Source: a virus
Taxonomy: Duplodnaviria > Caudoviricetes
Direction: 5' to 3' (one strand)
Virus record (IMG/VR): IMGVR_UViG_3300005611_000160
Coordinates: 1-27,978 of that record
Length of the DNA stretch: 27,978 nucleotides
Shown here: positions 12,475 to 22,079 of the stretch, one piece after another
How positions within the stretch are numbered: the stretch's first letter is position 1
How the letters are laid out: each line of letters begins with the position of its first letter
Program-made: the position numbers and the translations under genes
The notes under the pieces: model-generated
The model's input: the letters and a program-made list of their open reading frames with translations, nothing else
Database searches by the model: none
Told to the model about the DNA's origin: nothing

Positions 12475-14024
12475 TGGCTTTTGAATTCAAATACAAACCT
12501 GCTGGCGAAACACTGCGTCAGTTTATGCTGGACGATCACTTCTTTCGTGGTGTCCGTGGCCCGGTAGGTAGCGGCAAGTCAGTTGCCTGCTGTGTTGAAA
12601 TCTTTCGCCGTGCTGCTGCGCAGAAACCCGGCAAGGATGGCAAGCGGAAATCCCGCTGGGCCGTAATCCGTAATACCAATCCACAGTTGAGGACCACAAC
12701 CATTAAGACATGGATTGACTGGTTTCCTGAGGATGTATTTGGACGCTTTGGTTGGTCTGTACCCTACAACCACAACATCAAGATTGGCGATATTGATCTT
12801 GAGGTGCTCTTCCTAGCCCTAGATCGTGAGGAAGATGTCCGTAAATTGCTGTCCCTTGACCTAACTGGCGTGTGGGTGAACGAAGCCCGTGAGGTTTCTA
12901 AGTCGATTATTGATGCTTGCACCATGCGTGTTGGCCGATACCCCTCGATCAAGGATGGTGGCCCTACTTGGTATGGCGTGATCTGCGATACCAACGCCCC
13001 AGAGGATGACCACTGGTGGCCGATCATGGCCGGTGAAGTTCCGATGCCAGACAATGTTCCTAGAGAAGAAGCCCTGATGCTAATTAAGCCAGAAGACTGG
13101 GTTTTCTATAACCAGCCGCCGGGAATGACCGAAGTTAAGAATGATTCTGGCGATGTAGTTAAGTACATTGGTAATCAGCTAGCGGAAAACTTTCACAATC
13201 TGCCGGGTGATTACTACAAAAAGATTATTACAGGTAAGACAAAATCGTGGATTGATGTCTATGTGCTAAACAAATTGGGTACGATTGAGTCTGGCAAGGC
13301 TATTTACCCGATGTTTAACGAGCAAGTGCATATATCCAAGGAGCCGATTGGTGTCATTCCTGAACTTCCTGTTTATATTGGTATCGACTTTGGTCTTACT
13401 CCTGCTGCTGCTTTTGGGCAAAGGCTGAGTTCTGGTCGCTGGCTAATCTTCCACGAGGTTGTTACTCGTGACATGGGTGCAGTCCGATTCTCGGAATTAC
13501 TCAGGAATCAGATTCAGGCAATCTGTCCGTCAAATGAATTGCATATTTATGGCGACCCGGCGGGTGACTTCCGCGCCCAGACAGACGAAGTTACGCCATT
13601 CCAAATCCTGCGGGCTAATGGAATCAAGGCATATCCAGCCCCTAGCAATGACCCAGTTCTGCGAATCGAGTCGGTACAAGCACCGCTCAATCGCATGGTA
13701 GACGGTATGCCGGGGTTTGTAATTGACGCATCTTGCAAAACCTTGATTAAAGGTTTCCGTGGTGGCTATAACTATCGCCGAGTATCGGTTTCTGGCGAGG
13801 TGCGATACGAAGAAAAGCCCAGCAAAAACAAATATTCTCATGTGCATGATGCATTGCAGTATCTATTTATTGGTGCGGGCGAGGGAAGATCATTAACAAC
13901 CAATGCCAATAAGCCAGCGCAAGTGGCGAATGGGAGGTCCAATTGGAACATCTGGGATCAGAGAGCGGGATTCGGGAAGAACAAGGGCTGGGCGAACCTA
14001 AGCCGCCGGAATTCGATTGGTTAG
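12474..14024 (+). CDS. terL: Terminase large subunit
   Basis: Walker A GPVGSGKS, Walker B VWVNE, coupling motif DTN, nuclease GIDFG and HVHDALQY. Confidence 0.96.
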   Translation: MAFEFKYKPAGETLRQFMLDDHFFRGVRGPVGSGKSVACCVEIFRRAAAQKPGKDGKRKSRWAVIRNTNPQLRTTTIKTWIDWFPEDVFGRFGWSVPYNHNIKIGDIDLEVLFLALDREEDVRKLLSLDLTGVWVNEAREVSKSIIDACTMRVGRYPSIKDGGPTWYGVICDTNAPEDDHWWPIMAGEVPMPDNVPREEALMLIKPEDWVFYNQPPGMTEVKNDSGDVVKYIGNQLAENFHNLPGDYYKKIITGKTKSWIDVYVLNKLGTIESGKAIYPMFNEQVHISKEPIGVIPELPVYIGIDFGLTPAAAFGQRLSSGRWLIFHEVVTRDMGAVRFSELLRNQIQAICPSNELHIYGDPAGDFRAQTDEVTPFQILRANGIKAYPAPSNDPVLRIESVQAPLNRMVDGMPGFVIDASCKTLIKGFRGGYNYRRVSVSGEVRYEEKPSKNKYSHVHDALQYLFIGAGEGRSLTTNANKPAQVANGRSNWNIWDQRAGFGKNKGWANLSRRNSIG

Positions 14025-14422
14025 TCATGTTCATTGACAAAGATGAGCCTGACCGCTGGTGGGATTATGTATTCCACACGCGAAAAGGTTTCAAGCATGT
14101 ATGTGCCATCGGATACCAGCCGGGTAGCTACCACTGGATTTTTATGGACTGGACATCCAAATTCTTCCAGACTTGGATCTACCATCCGCTTGCGGCCAAG
14201 GATGTAATCAACTGGGCAAAGAATGAAAGAAACGCCACAATTGTTTCTTATCGACCACGCCGTAACAAAAATTCCGTTTTTGGATTCTCCGTACTATACT
14301 GCGCCGAAGCAGTCAAGCATTTGCTAGGAATCAAACGCTTGTTTGTGTTAACTCCGTGGCAACTCTATAAAGAGATGATGCGGACAGGTGGAACGCTAAT
14401 TCACAAGGGAGAATGGAAGTGA
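13943..14422 (+). CDS. Putative permuted papain-like (NlpC/P60-type) peptidase or acyltransferase
   Basis: His (GFKHVCA) precedes Cys (YCAEAVKHLLGI), followed by TPWQL; GGGAGG before TTG 13943; start uncertain. Confidence 0.6.
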   Translation: MEHLGSESGIREEQGLGEPKPPEFDWLVMFIDKDEPDRWWDYVFHTRKGFKHVCAIGYQPGSYHWIFMDWTSKFFQTWIYHPLAAKDVINWAKNERNATIVSYRPRRNKNSVFGFSVLYCAEAVKHLLGIKRLFVLTPWQLYKEMMRTGGTLIHKGEWK

Positions 14423-14727
14423 AGGTATATACCTCAATCCAATACCAAATGACTGAGGGCGGTCTGGTCGAACTGTCCGCTGATAGTTTTGATTATGATG
14501 GTCCGGTATCTGAAACCAAAGGTGGTGGCAATCCTCCGCCTCCTCCGCCTTCTCCGCCACAGCCACCACCAGAACCAAAAAAAGAAGAAGTGGTTGCTGC
14601 TAGAAAGCAGGCAGAAGAAAAAATGGGTGGCGGTGCATCACGCCGCCGTGGTCGCATGGGCAGTTTAAGTAGCTTGCTGACTGCTGGATATAAAGGCTTC
14701 AAAGACGAAGATACGCTTGGAGCATAG
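14419..14727 (+). CDS. Small pre-portal virion protein, paralog 1
   Basis: GTG start with GGGAG RBS; KVYTSI...DSFDYDGPVSETKGGG, poly-Pro, RRRG..S.LL, C-terminal TLG. Confidence 0.8.
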   Translation: MKVYTSIQYQMTEGGLVELSADSFDYDGPVSETKGGGNPPPPPPSPPQPPPEPKKEEVVAARKQAEEKMGGGASRRRGRMGSLSSLLTAGYKGFKDEDTLGA

Positions 14728-14730
14728 CCC

Positions 14731-15033
14731 ATGAAAATTTACACCAGCATTGAATTTCAGATGACGCATGACGACCTTGTTGAGGTTTCACATGAATCAT
14801 TTGACTATGAAGGTCCGGTAGCACTAGCCTTTAGTAGCCCCAAAGCACCGCCACCCGATCCTGAATTGGAGCGCGCTCGCAAAGAACGCGAGGAAGCGGC
14901 CAAGCAGGAAAAGATTTCACTGGCAAAGAAAGAAGCGTCAATGGCTACGGCTGATCTTAGTCGCCGCCGCAAGAGCGTAATGCTTAGTGGTTATCGTGGC
15001 TACGAAGAAGAAGACGGAACTAAATTGGGGTAA
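14731..15033 (+). CDS. Small pre-portal virion protein, paralog 2
   Basis: MKIYTSI...ESFDYEGPVALAF, Pro-rich linker, RRRKS.ML.GY.G, C-terminal KLG. Confidence 0.8.
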   Translation: MKIYTSIEFQMTHDDLVEVSHESFDYEGPVALAFSSPKAPPPDPELERARKEREEAAKQEKISLAKKEASMATADLSRRRKSVMLSGYRGYEEEDGTKLG

Positions 15034-15036
15034 GTC

Positions 15037-16599
15037 ATGGCAGATCCTAGCTATATCATTAAGCGTTACACGAAGGCCAAACAAGCACGATCAAACTGGC
15101 TTGATGTTTGGCAGGAATGCTATGAATATTCATTGCCGCTGCGCGAAGGGTTTTTTATGGAAGCCGCCGCACAGTCACGCATGGATAAGATATTTGACGA
15201 AACAGCAGTCGTAGGTGTGCAAGAATTTGCATCCAGATTGCAGTACGGCATTGTTCCAAACTATGCAACATGGTTTCGCCTTGAGCCGGGTTCAGATATT
15301 CCACTTCAATTGCGAAACAAAGTGCAGTCTGAACTGGATGAAATTACCGAATATGTTGGCGAGATCATTCAGAACTCTAACTTTTCGCAGGAAGTGCATG
15401 AATCATTCCTTGATCTAGCAGTTGGCACGGCCAATATGCTGATCGAAGAAGGCAATGAAACCAATCCGATTAAGTTTTTGTCAGTACCGCTAAGCCAGAC
15501 TATTCTGGATTCTGGCCCGTTTGACCAGATTGATGGCGTATTTCGTGAGCGCAGCGTTAAGGCTAAAGACATTATGACGGTATGGCCTAAAGCCAAGCTG
15601 TCTGAGTCTTTAAAAGCTAAAATCCGTAATAATCCTGAGGCGGATGTTCCGTTTATTGACGCTGTATATCGTGATTGGAGCGACAGATCACAAGAAATAC
15701 ACAACTACTGTGTCATTGATTTGGAGTCGCAGACCAAAATTATTGAAGGTTCATTCAAAGGTGAAGGCTCTCGGCCTTGGGTTAACTTCCGCTGGTCAAA
15801 AGCAGCGGGTGAAATCTATGGTCGCGGTCCTCTGATGAACGCATTGCCTGCAATTAAGGTTTGTAATCTGACAATGCAGCTTGTATTAGAAAATGCTCAG
15901 ATGGCGATTGGTGGTATCTGGCAGGCAGACGATGATGGTGTCATTAATGTTGATACAATCCAGCTAGTTCCGGGAACAATTGTCCCAAGAAGCCCGAATA
16001 GTCGCGGTCTTGAGGCTATCCAGTCCCCATCTAAGTTCGATGTTTCGCAGCTTATTATTGAAAATATGCAGCAAAACATTAAGCGTGCGCTGTATAACCA
16101 AGACCTTGGCCGGACCGACACTACGCCAATGTCAGCTACCGAAGTAGCGGCGCGTCAGTCTAATCTGGCTGAAATTATCGGCTCTGCCTATGGCAGATTG
16201 CAGGCAGAATTTGTTAATCCTGTATTGCGCCGAGTCATTTCTATCTTGAAAAAGCAGGGCAAGATCGAGATTCCAAAGATAGATGGCCGCGAAGTTAAGA
16301 TTGTTGCCAAATCTCCGCTGGCTCGTGCGCAACGCAACCAAGACATTATGCAGTTAACAAACTTCATTGGATTGGTTACGCAAACCATGGGTCCGCAGGC
16401 CGCATCGCAGTTTATTAGCCCTGATGAAACGATCAAGAAACTGGCGGAATGGTACGAAATTCCACAAAAAATCCTGATTGATGAAACTCAGCGCATGATG
16501 ATGCAACAACAAGCTCAGCAACAGGCCATGGCTATGGAGCAGCAATCTCCGGGTTCCGTAATTGAAATGGCTGAAGCAGCCAAAGGAATGATGCCTTGA
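15037..16599 (+). CDS. Portal (head-tail connector), T7 gp8 / BPP-1-like
   Basis: 520 aa; W..CYEYSLP, IFD.TA...FASRLQ, RW....GEIYGRGP...ALP, MSATEV..R, GRLQ.EF..P...R, SPLA.AQ. Confidence 0.95.
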   Translation: MADPSYIIKRYTKAKQARSNWLDVWQECYEYSLPLREGFFMEAAAQSRMDKIFDETAVVGVQEFASRLQYGIVPNYATWFRLEPGSDIPLQLRNKVQSELDEITEYVGEIIQNSNFSQEVHESFLDLAVGTANMLIEEGNETNPIKFLSVPLSQTILDSGPFDQIDGVFRERSVKAKDIMTVWPKAKLSESLKAKIRNNPEADVPFIDAVYRDWSDRSQEIHNYCVIDLESQTKIIEGSFKGEGSRPWVNFRWSKAAGEIYGRGPLMNALPAIKVCNLTMQLVLENAQMAIGGIWQADDDGVINVDTIQLVPGTIVPRSPNSRGLEAIQSPSKFDVSQLIIENMQQNIKRALYNQDLGRTDTTPMSATEVAARQSNLAEIIGSAYGRLQAEFVNPVLRRVISILKKQGKIEIPKIDGREVKIVAKSPLARAQRNQDIMQLTNFIGLVTQTMGPQAASQFISPDETIKKLAEWYEIPQKILIDETQRMMMQQQAQQQAMAMEQQSPGSVIEMAEAAKGMMP

Positions 16600-16835
16600 T
16601 TGATGGCATTCAGCGTTCTGACGAAGCAGAAAACAAAATTAACGAGGCACTTGCCTTGTGTTTTTCTGGGGCAAACGGCGAGTTTGCTTTGAAATATCTC
16701 CGGTCGATTAGCATCGAAAGGGTGATGGGGCCGAACTTTGACCCGAATTCACTGGCTCATATTGAGGGCCAGCGGTTCTTGGTCGGCATTATTGAACAGC
16801 GCATTAAGCGCGCCAAAGAAGGAAATCAGCCATGA
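16596..16835 (+). CDS. Conserved post-portal protein (BPP-1 Bbp19-like)
   Basis: F....G...LKYL.......L...EGQR..V..I..RI motif and position between portal and scaffold. Confidence 0.8.
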   Translation: MIDGIQRSDEAENKINEALALCFSGANGEFALKYLRSISIERVMGPNFDPNSLAHIEGQRFLVGIIEQRIKRAKEGNQP

Positions 16836-17596
16836 GCGATATGACAACTGATTCTGCACCAGAAGCAGAAGCATCAAGTGAAGCAACCCCTAGCGCGGTT
16901 CCTCGTCCTGAATATCTGCCAGAAAAATTCTGGAATACAGAGTCTAACCAGCCAAATGTAGAAGGATTAGCAAAGTCTTATACAGAACTGGAAAAGAAGT
17001 TTAGCCAGCGAGCATCTAGCCTGCGGGAAGAACTTGAAACTGAACTTAGTAAGCCGCGAGAAGGCGTACCTGAGTCTGCTGACAAGTACAAATATTCCGT
17101 TCCTGAACTAGAAAACCTGCCAAATGGGTGGGAAGCCCAGATGACAGATGACGACCCAATGCTGGGCTGGTGGAAGGAAACGGCTCATAGCCGTGGCCTG
17201 ACTCAAGATGAGTTTCAGGAAGGCATTAACAAGTATTTTGAGTACCATTTTGGCGGATTACCTAACCGTGAAGCCGAACTTAATACCCTCGGAGAAAACG
17301 GACAGGCTCGCGTTGACCGTGTAGATATGTGGCTTTCCAAGAATCTGTCAGAACAGGAATACAATGTAATGGCAGATTTTGCTGTTAACGCTGACTCGAT
17401 CAAAGTACTGGAAAAAATTATTGGAATTCAGGCCGAACCGTCTTTATCTGAGTTTGAAGGCGAGCCATCTACCGGATCTATGTCCGAAGATAAGCTGCGT
17501 CAGATGATGGATGATCCCCGATATTGGAAGCAGGGACAGATTGATGACGCATATCGGTCCGAAGTCACAAAAATGTGGCAAAAACATTTTGGTTAG
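16832..17596 (+). CDS. Capsid assembly scaffolding protein
   Basis: Acidic; RPEYLPEKFW, LAKSY.ELEKK, GLTQ.EF, M.DPRYW; directly upstream of the capsid gene. Confidence 0.88.
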   Translation: MSDMTTDSAPEAEASSEATPSAVPRPEYLPEKFWNTESNQPNVEGLAKSYTELEKKFSQRASSLREELETELSKPREGVPESADKYKYSVPELENLPNGWEAQMTDDDPMLGWWKETAHSRGLTQDEFQEGINKYFEYHFGGLPNREAELNTLGENGQARVDRVDMWLSKNLSEQEYNVMADFAVNADSIKVLEKIIGIQAEPSLSEFEGEPSTGSMSEDKLRQMMDDPRYWKQGQIDDAYRSEVTKMWQKHFG

Positions 17597-17603
17597 TTAG
17601 TAC

Positions 17604-17632
17604 TTGCTAACCGGAATAAGCATGATTATTCT
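17604..17632 (+). promoter_or_regulatory. Sigma70-type promoter for the major capsid gene
   Basis: TTGCTA-17-TATTCT. Confidence 0.6.
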
Positions 17633-17638
17633 GTGTCC

Positions 17639-17704
17639 GTGGCCCCGCTGCCGGGAAGTCCTAGCCCCAAGGGTAACTAGGACGGAAATTCAGAGGACAA
17701 CCGC
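17639..17704 (+). promoter_or_regulatory. Structured 5' leader of the capsid mRNA
   Basis: GTCCTAG/CTAGGAC stem (17658-17683) inside outer stems GTGG/CCGC, CC/GG and CTG/CAG. Confidence 0.55.
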
Positions 17705-17734
17705 TGATTTTGTTTTAACAACTGGAGAACTGTA

Positions 17735-18556
17735 ATGGCAAACACTATTGATACTGCCTTTGTAAAACAGTTTGAAAGCGAGGTTCATCTTGCATATCAG
17801 CGCATGGGGGCCAAGCTACTCAACACTGTTCGTCGTAAGACCAATATTAAGGGTGAATCAACCACCTTCCAAAAGATCGGTACTGGCGTAGCTGGCGTTA
17901 AGTCACGCAATGCACAGGTTCCGCTCGCTAACCTGACTCACAGCAATGTTGAATGCTCATTGACCGATTACTATCTCGGTGAATACATTGACAAGCTGGA
18001 CGAGCTGAAGATCCAGCATGACGAACGCGCTGCTGTTTCTACTTCTCTGTCTGCTGCTCTGGGCCGTAAGTCTGACCAGCTTATCATTGACGCAGTTGAT
18101 GGTTCTGGTAATTCGACTACTGGTACTGGTGCAATCACTCAGGCTAAGTTGGAAGAAATCTACGAAGCCTTTGGTGAAGGCGATGTGCCTGATGATGGTC
18201 AGCGTTACCTGTTGGTTTCCCCGCAGGGCTGGACTGACCTGATGGGTCTGATTGAGTTCTCAAGCCGTGACTATGTTCCGGAAGCTGAACTGCCGTGGAA
18301 GGGTGCTGGCTTCTCTGCTAAGCGTTTCATGTCCTTCTTCGTGATGACTCACTCTGGCCTGAGCGTTGCTTCTAGTGTTCGCAACTCGCTGGCATACCAC
18401 CGTTCTGCGGTTGGTGCTGCTTCTGGCGCAGAAGTGAGCATGGATGTAACTTGGCAGGGCAAGGAACAGGCTCACCTGATGGTAGCTTCTATGTCGCAGG
18501 GCGCAGTCCTGATTGACGACAATGGTTGCTACATCCTCAAGCACACTGAATCCTAA
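17735..18556 (+). CDS. Major capsid protein
   Basis: AFVKQFESEVH.AYQR.G.KL..TVR, EYIDKLD.LK, ALGRK.DQLII.A, VPDDGQRY; GGAG RBS; biased codon usage; synteny. Confidence 0.92.
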   Translation: MANTIDTAFVKQFESEVHLAYQRMGAKLLNTVRRKTNIKGESTTFQKIGTGVAGVKSRNAQVPLANLTHSNVECSLTDYYLGEYIDKLDELKIQHDERAAVSTSLSAALGRKSDQLIIDAVDGSGNSTTGTGAITQAKLEEIYEAFGEGDVPDDGQRYLLVSPQGWTDLMGLIEFSSRDYVPEAELPWKGAGFSAKRFMSFFVMTHSGLSVASSVRNSLAYHRSAVGAASGAEVSMDVTWQGKEQAHLMVASMSQGAVLIDDNGCYILKHTES

Positions 18557-18567
18557 GGGGGTGAACC

Positions 18568-18807
18568 ATGGCATTTTCCGCTGACAATATGAAGCGCATG
18601 AACATCGGTGACGAGGCACTTTATGTGTACAAGTCTGCTGATGCTATCGCTACTGTTGCCGCCTCTGGCTACTTTAACAGCTACTACGCTTCTCTCAAGA
18701 AGGGTGATGCAATCCTCGTGATTGATTCCAGCACCCCGACTGTGGATGTGTGTGTTGTTTCTAGTGCCACTGGTGCAACGACCGTTACTGTAGTTAACGG
18801 AACCTGA
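18568..18807 (+). CDS. Small virion protein (possible capsid decoration)
   Basis: Y.SADA.ATV.ASGYFN...L..GD.I motif; co-transcribed with capsid before a terminator. Confidence 0.75.
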   Translation: MAFSADNMKRMNIGDEALYVYKSADAIATVAASGYFNSYYASLKKGDAILVIDSSTPTVDVCVVSSATGATTVTVVNGT

Positions 18808-18813
18808 TGAATC

Positions 18814-18844
18814 GGGGCGGTCTTTTGGGGCCGCCCCTTTTCTT
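18814..18844 (+). terminator. Rho-independent terminator after the capsid genes
   Basis: GGGGCGGTCT-TTTG-GGGCCGCCCC followed by TTTTCTT. Confidence 0.85.
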
Positions 18845-18854
18845 GGAGTTTTAA

Positions 18855-19430
18855 ATGGGTGCTTCAACTGCAATTGCTGTAGCCCAAAAAGCCTGTGCGC
18901 TTATTGGTATGCAACCAATTACTTCGTTCAATGATGATTCCTCCGAAGGAATTGTATTGAATGCAATCTACGATGAGATTGTAGAATCAGAATTAGCGTC
19001 CTTTCCTTGGCGTTTTGCTATGGCACAGCGCACTTTGAATCGGTTAACAGCTACGCCAAGCGCACGGTGGACTGCTGCTTACCAACTTCCTACTGACATC
19101 TTGATGGTTCGCGCTATCACGGTGAACGATTACAACATCGAGTATGACCGCTACGATGACAACATCTATTGTGATGCTGGCGAAAATGATGTGGTTGTGC
19201 TGGATGGTATTTACCGGGCTGATGAAATTGATTGGCCCGCCTATTTCCGGCTTGGGATTGAGTATCGACTGGCTTCTGCGCTGGCTTCTGGTGTATCCAT
19301 GCAGGCTGACATTGCGCAGCTAATGGAAGAAAAAGCTGAACTTCAGATTCGTAAAGCGCGCCATACCGACTCAGCTTCTCAAACAACCAGAAAGGTTAAC
19401 CTGACCCGACTGACTAACGCGAGGCTGTAA
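18855..19430 (+). CDS. Tail tubular protein A / head-tail adaptor (T7 gp11-like)
   Basis: A..LIG..PI.SF.D, L...PWRFA, YQLP.D.L, WP.YF...LA..LA; size and position. Confidence 0.85.
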   Translation: MGASTAIAVAQKACALIGMQPITSFNDDSSEGIVLNAIYDEIVESELASFPWRFAMAQRTLNRLTATPSARWTAAYQLPTDILMVRAITVNDYNIEYDRYDDNIYCDAGENDVVVLDGIYRADEIDWPAYFRLGIEYRLASALASGVSMQADIAQLMEEKAELQIRKARHTDSASQTTRKVNLTRLTNARL

Positions 19431-19433
19431 GCC

Positions 19434-21617
19434 ATGAGAAGGGTAAGAACCCTCCAGACCAACTTTTCGTCTGGGCAACTTGACCCCTTGATGGCGGCTC
19501 GATCTGACACTAAAGCCTATGGCAATGGTGTTGAAACGCTAACTAACTTTATGCAGCTAGTGCAGGGTGGCATTAAACGCCGCCCCGGTACTGAATACCT
19601 TGCAGATATTGGCAAAGCGGTTCGTTTATTCCCATTTATCTTTAACGAATCTCAGCTTTATATTGTTGCTCTGTCTGCCGGAGAAGCACGGTTTTACAGC
19701 ACGGCTGGCTCATTGTTGGACACCGTAACTGGATTTGACTGGGACGCAACAAACCTTTACGAATTGCGATATACGCAGCGTAACGATGTATTAATCATTA
19801 CGCATGAAGACTTCCCAATGACGGTGATTACCCGTACTGGAGCATCTTCATTTGCTGGCGCATATTTTGATTTCGATCAAGATTTGTCGGGCGGAAAAAT
19901 CTACGCCCCAATGTACAAATTTGCTCGTGATGAAGTCACGATTACTCCTAGTGGGCGGACTGGCAGCATTACATTAACAACCTCTGCTGCTGTTTGGAAT
20001 GCTGACCATGTGGGTGCGCGTGTTGCTGTACATAACAGGCAGGTAGAAATTACCGGGTACACCTCTAGCACCGTTGTTACCGGAACAGTTCAAGAAGAAT
20101 TGTTTGCTGACCAACAGTTAACAATTAGTTCTGGTTCTAGCTTCCAAGTTGGCGAAGTCATAACCCAAACAGATTCGGAGGCAGAAGGTGAAGTTGTTGA
20201 AATTGGTTCTGGATATGTCCGGGTTGCAAACCTTAAAAAGGTTTTATTCAAAACTCAGGGTTCTGGTGACGCTACTGTGGGCGGACTTTCTGGTGCAGAA
20301 GGCCAAGTTACGGCGGTATCTACAGTTGGTCCGCTAGCAACCCGCGATTGGAATGAAGAAGTCTTTAGCTATGCTAGAGGCTGGGCAAGATCCTGTTTGT
20401 TCCACGGGCAGCGGTTGTGGTTTGGTGGGTCGAGAGATTTGCCTGCTCACCTGTTCAGCTCAAAAGTAGCTAGCTTTTTTAACTTTGATACTGGTGAGGC
20501 ACTGGATGACGAAAGCATTCAAAGTCCAATTGCATCGGATCAGGTTAACAGTATTAACCATCTAGTGTCGGCTGGACACTTGCAGGTATTTACAGATCAA
20601 GCAGAGTTTTACTGCCCTGAATCTGAAAACTCACCATTGGTTCCTGCTGACTTTAACATTCGCCGCCAATCATCCTATGGCACTGGCGATGTTCGTCCTG
20701 TTGCATTTGACCGGGCTACGCTGTTTGTTCAAAGCACAGGCAAGGTAATTCGAGAGTACAAGTGGGAAGAAATTGAAGGCGGCTATACGCCTAATGCAAT
20801 CTCCCTGATTGCGTCAAACCTTCTGGACTCTGATGGAATTGTAGATTCTGCCGTAATTTATGGTCTAAAAAATCGACCGGAACAGTTTGCATTTTTCTTG
20901 AATAATGATGGAACGCTTGCTGTTTATCATGCTGCGCGTAATGAACAGATTTCTAGCTGGTCCAAATGGGAAACTGATGGTCAAATCCTTGATCTAACTG
21001 CGCTTGAAGGCGAGTTGTTTATATGTGTTAAGCGCACAATCAACGGAACAACAAAGTATTTCCTAGAAAAATTTAGCGAAGATGTAACGCTGGATTGCGC
21101 AAAAACTGTAACAAGCGCAAGCCTTACTGGTTCGTTTTCTGGATTTAGCCATTTAGCAAGTCATGAAGTTTCTGTTGTGGCGGATCATGAAGAAGCCGCT
21201 GATGCCGATTATGCCAAGAATGCTTTTTATCTAGGCGATCAAACAGTAACGGCTGGCGGTGGAATCACCTTGCCAAACAATTATGAAACCTACATTGTTA
21301 CTGCTGGCTTAAATTTTGATGCTACCGTTAAGACTATGCCTGCTGACTATGCGGCTAATGATGGTCAGATTACTGGATTGCCCAAGAAAATTAGCACGGT
21401 TGATCTAATTTTAGACAGCACAATGGGTGTAGATGTGGAAGGAACAAACCTAATTCTTCGCCGGGTAACTAACGATCTGTCTAAGCCACCAACGCCAATT
21501 ACCGGACGCTCTCGATTTTATTTGCTTGGCTGGGATAAACTAGGCCAAATTAACATTCAGTCAACGGTCCCGCTGGAATTTACTTTGCTGGGTCTGATGA
21601 TGGAGGTAGCGTTCTAA
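19434..21617 (+). CDS. Tail tubular protein B / nozzle (T7 gp12, P22 gp10-like)
   Basis: QTNFSSG.LDP...RSD, N......GG..RRPGT, F...RLWFGG, beta-propeller-like composition, 727 aa. Confidence 0.9.
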   Translation: MRRVRTLQTNFSSGQLDPLMAARSDTKAYGNGVETLTNFMQLVQGGIKRRPGTEYLADIGKAVRLFPFIFNESQLYIVALSAGEARFYSTAGSLLDTVTGFDWDATNLYELRYTQRNDVLIITHEDFPMTVITRTGASSFAGAYFDFDQDLSGGKIYAPMYKFARDEVTITPSGRTGSITLTTSAAVWNADHVGARVAVHNRQVEITGYTSSTVVTGTVQEELFADQQLTISSGSSFQVGEVITQTDSEAEGEVVEIGSGYVRVANLKKVLFKTQGSGDATVGGLSGAEGQVTAVSTVGPLATRDWNEEVFSYARGWARSCLFHGQRLWFGGSRDLPAHLFSSKVASFFNFDTGEALDDESIQSPIASDQVNSINHLVSAGHLQVFTDQAEFYCPESENSPLVPADFNIRRQSSYGTGDVRPVAFDRATLFVQSTGKVIREYKWEEIEGGYTPNAISLIASNLLDSDGIVDSAVIYGLKNRPEQFAFFLNNDGTLAVYHAARNEQISSWSKWETDGQILDLTALEGELFICVKRTINGTTKYFLEKFSEDVTLDCAKTVTSASLTGSFSGFSHLASHEVSVVADHEEAADADYAKNAFYLGDQTVTAGGGITLPNNYETYIVTAGLNFDATVKTMPADYAANDGQITGLPKKISTVDLILDSTMGVDVEGTNLILRRVTNDLSKPPTPITGRSRFYLLGWDKLGQINIQSTVPLEFTLLGLMMEVAF

Positions 21618-22078
21618 TGGGGGTTGAAGCCGCAATTGTTGCTAGCGTAGCAAGCGCAGGTATTGGTGCATACACAGCAATTCAGTCTGGCAAATATGCT
21701 CAAGCAGCCGCTGAGGCTGAGGCTGCGCAATATGAACAAGAACGCCGCATGGCTATTCTTCAAGCGCAGGAAGAAGCTAATGCGCGTAATCGTGAATTGT
21801 TACGCACTCAATCTGAAAATCTTGCATTGGCTGCCGCCAAGATGGGTGTAGATCCAAATGAATCTGCGTCTTTCTTGGCATTAAAAGAATCTAATATTGA
21901 AGAAGCCGAGCGTGATGTTGGGGCCATCCGACTAATGGGATTGGCTCAGGCCGACAAATTTAAGCTAAGTGCGTGGAATGCCAAAATGTCTGGCAAGGCG
22001 GCTAAAACTGCATCGTATGGGCAGGCTGCGTCTTCATTGCTTGGCGGGTACAAAGATTACAAATACTTGAGTTCATAA
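21617..22078 (+). CDS. Internal virion / ejection protein (T7 gp14-like)
   Basis: Ala-rich hydrophobic N-terminus, helical A/Q/E core, GVD..SAS, position after nozzle. Confidence 0.75.
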   Translation: MGVEAAIVASVASAGIGAYTAIQSGKYAQAAAEAEAAQYEQERRMAILQAQEEANARNRELLRTQSENLALAAAKMGVDPNESASFLALKESNIEEAERDVGAIRLMGLAQADKFKLSAWNAKMSGKAAKTASYGQAASSLLGGYKDYKYLSS

Positions 22079-22079
22079 C

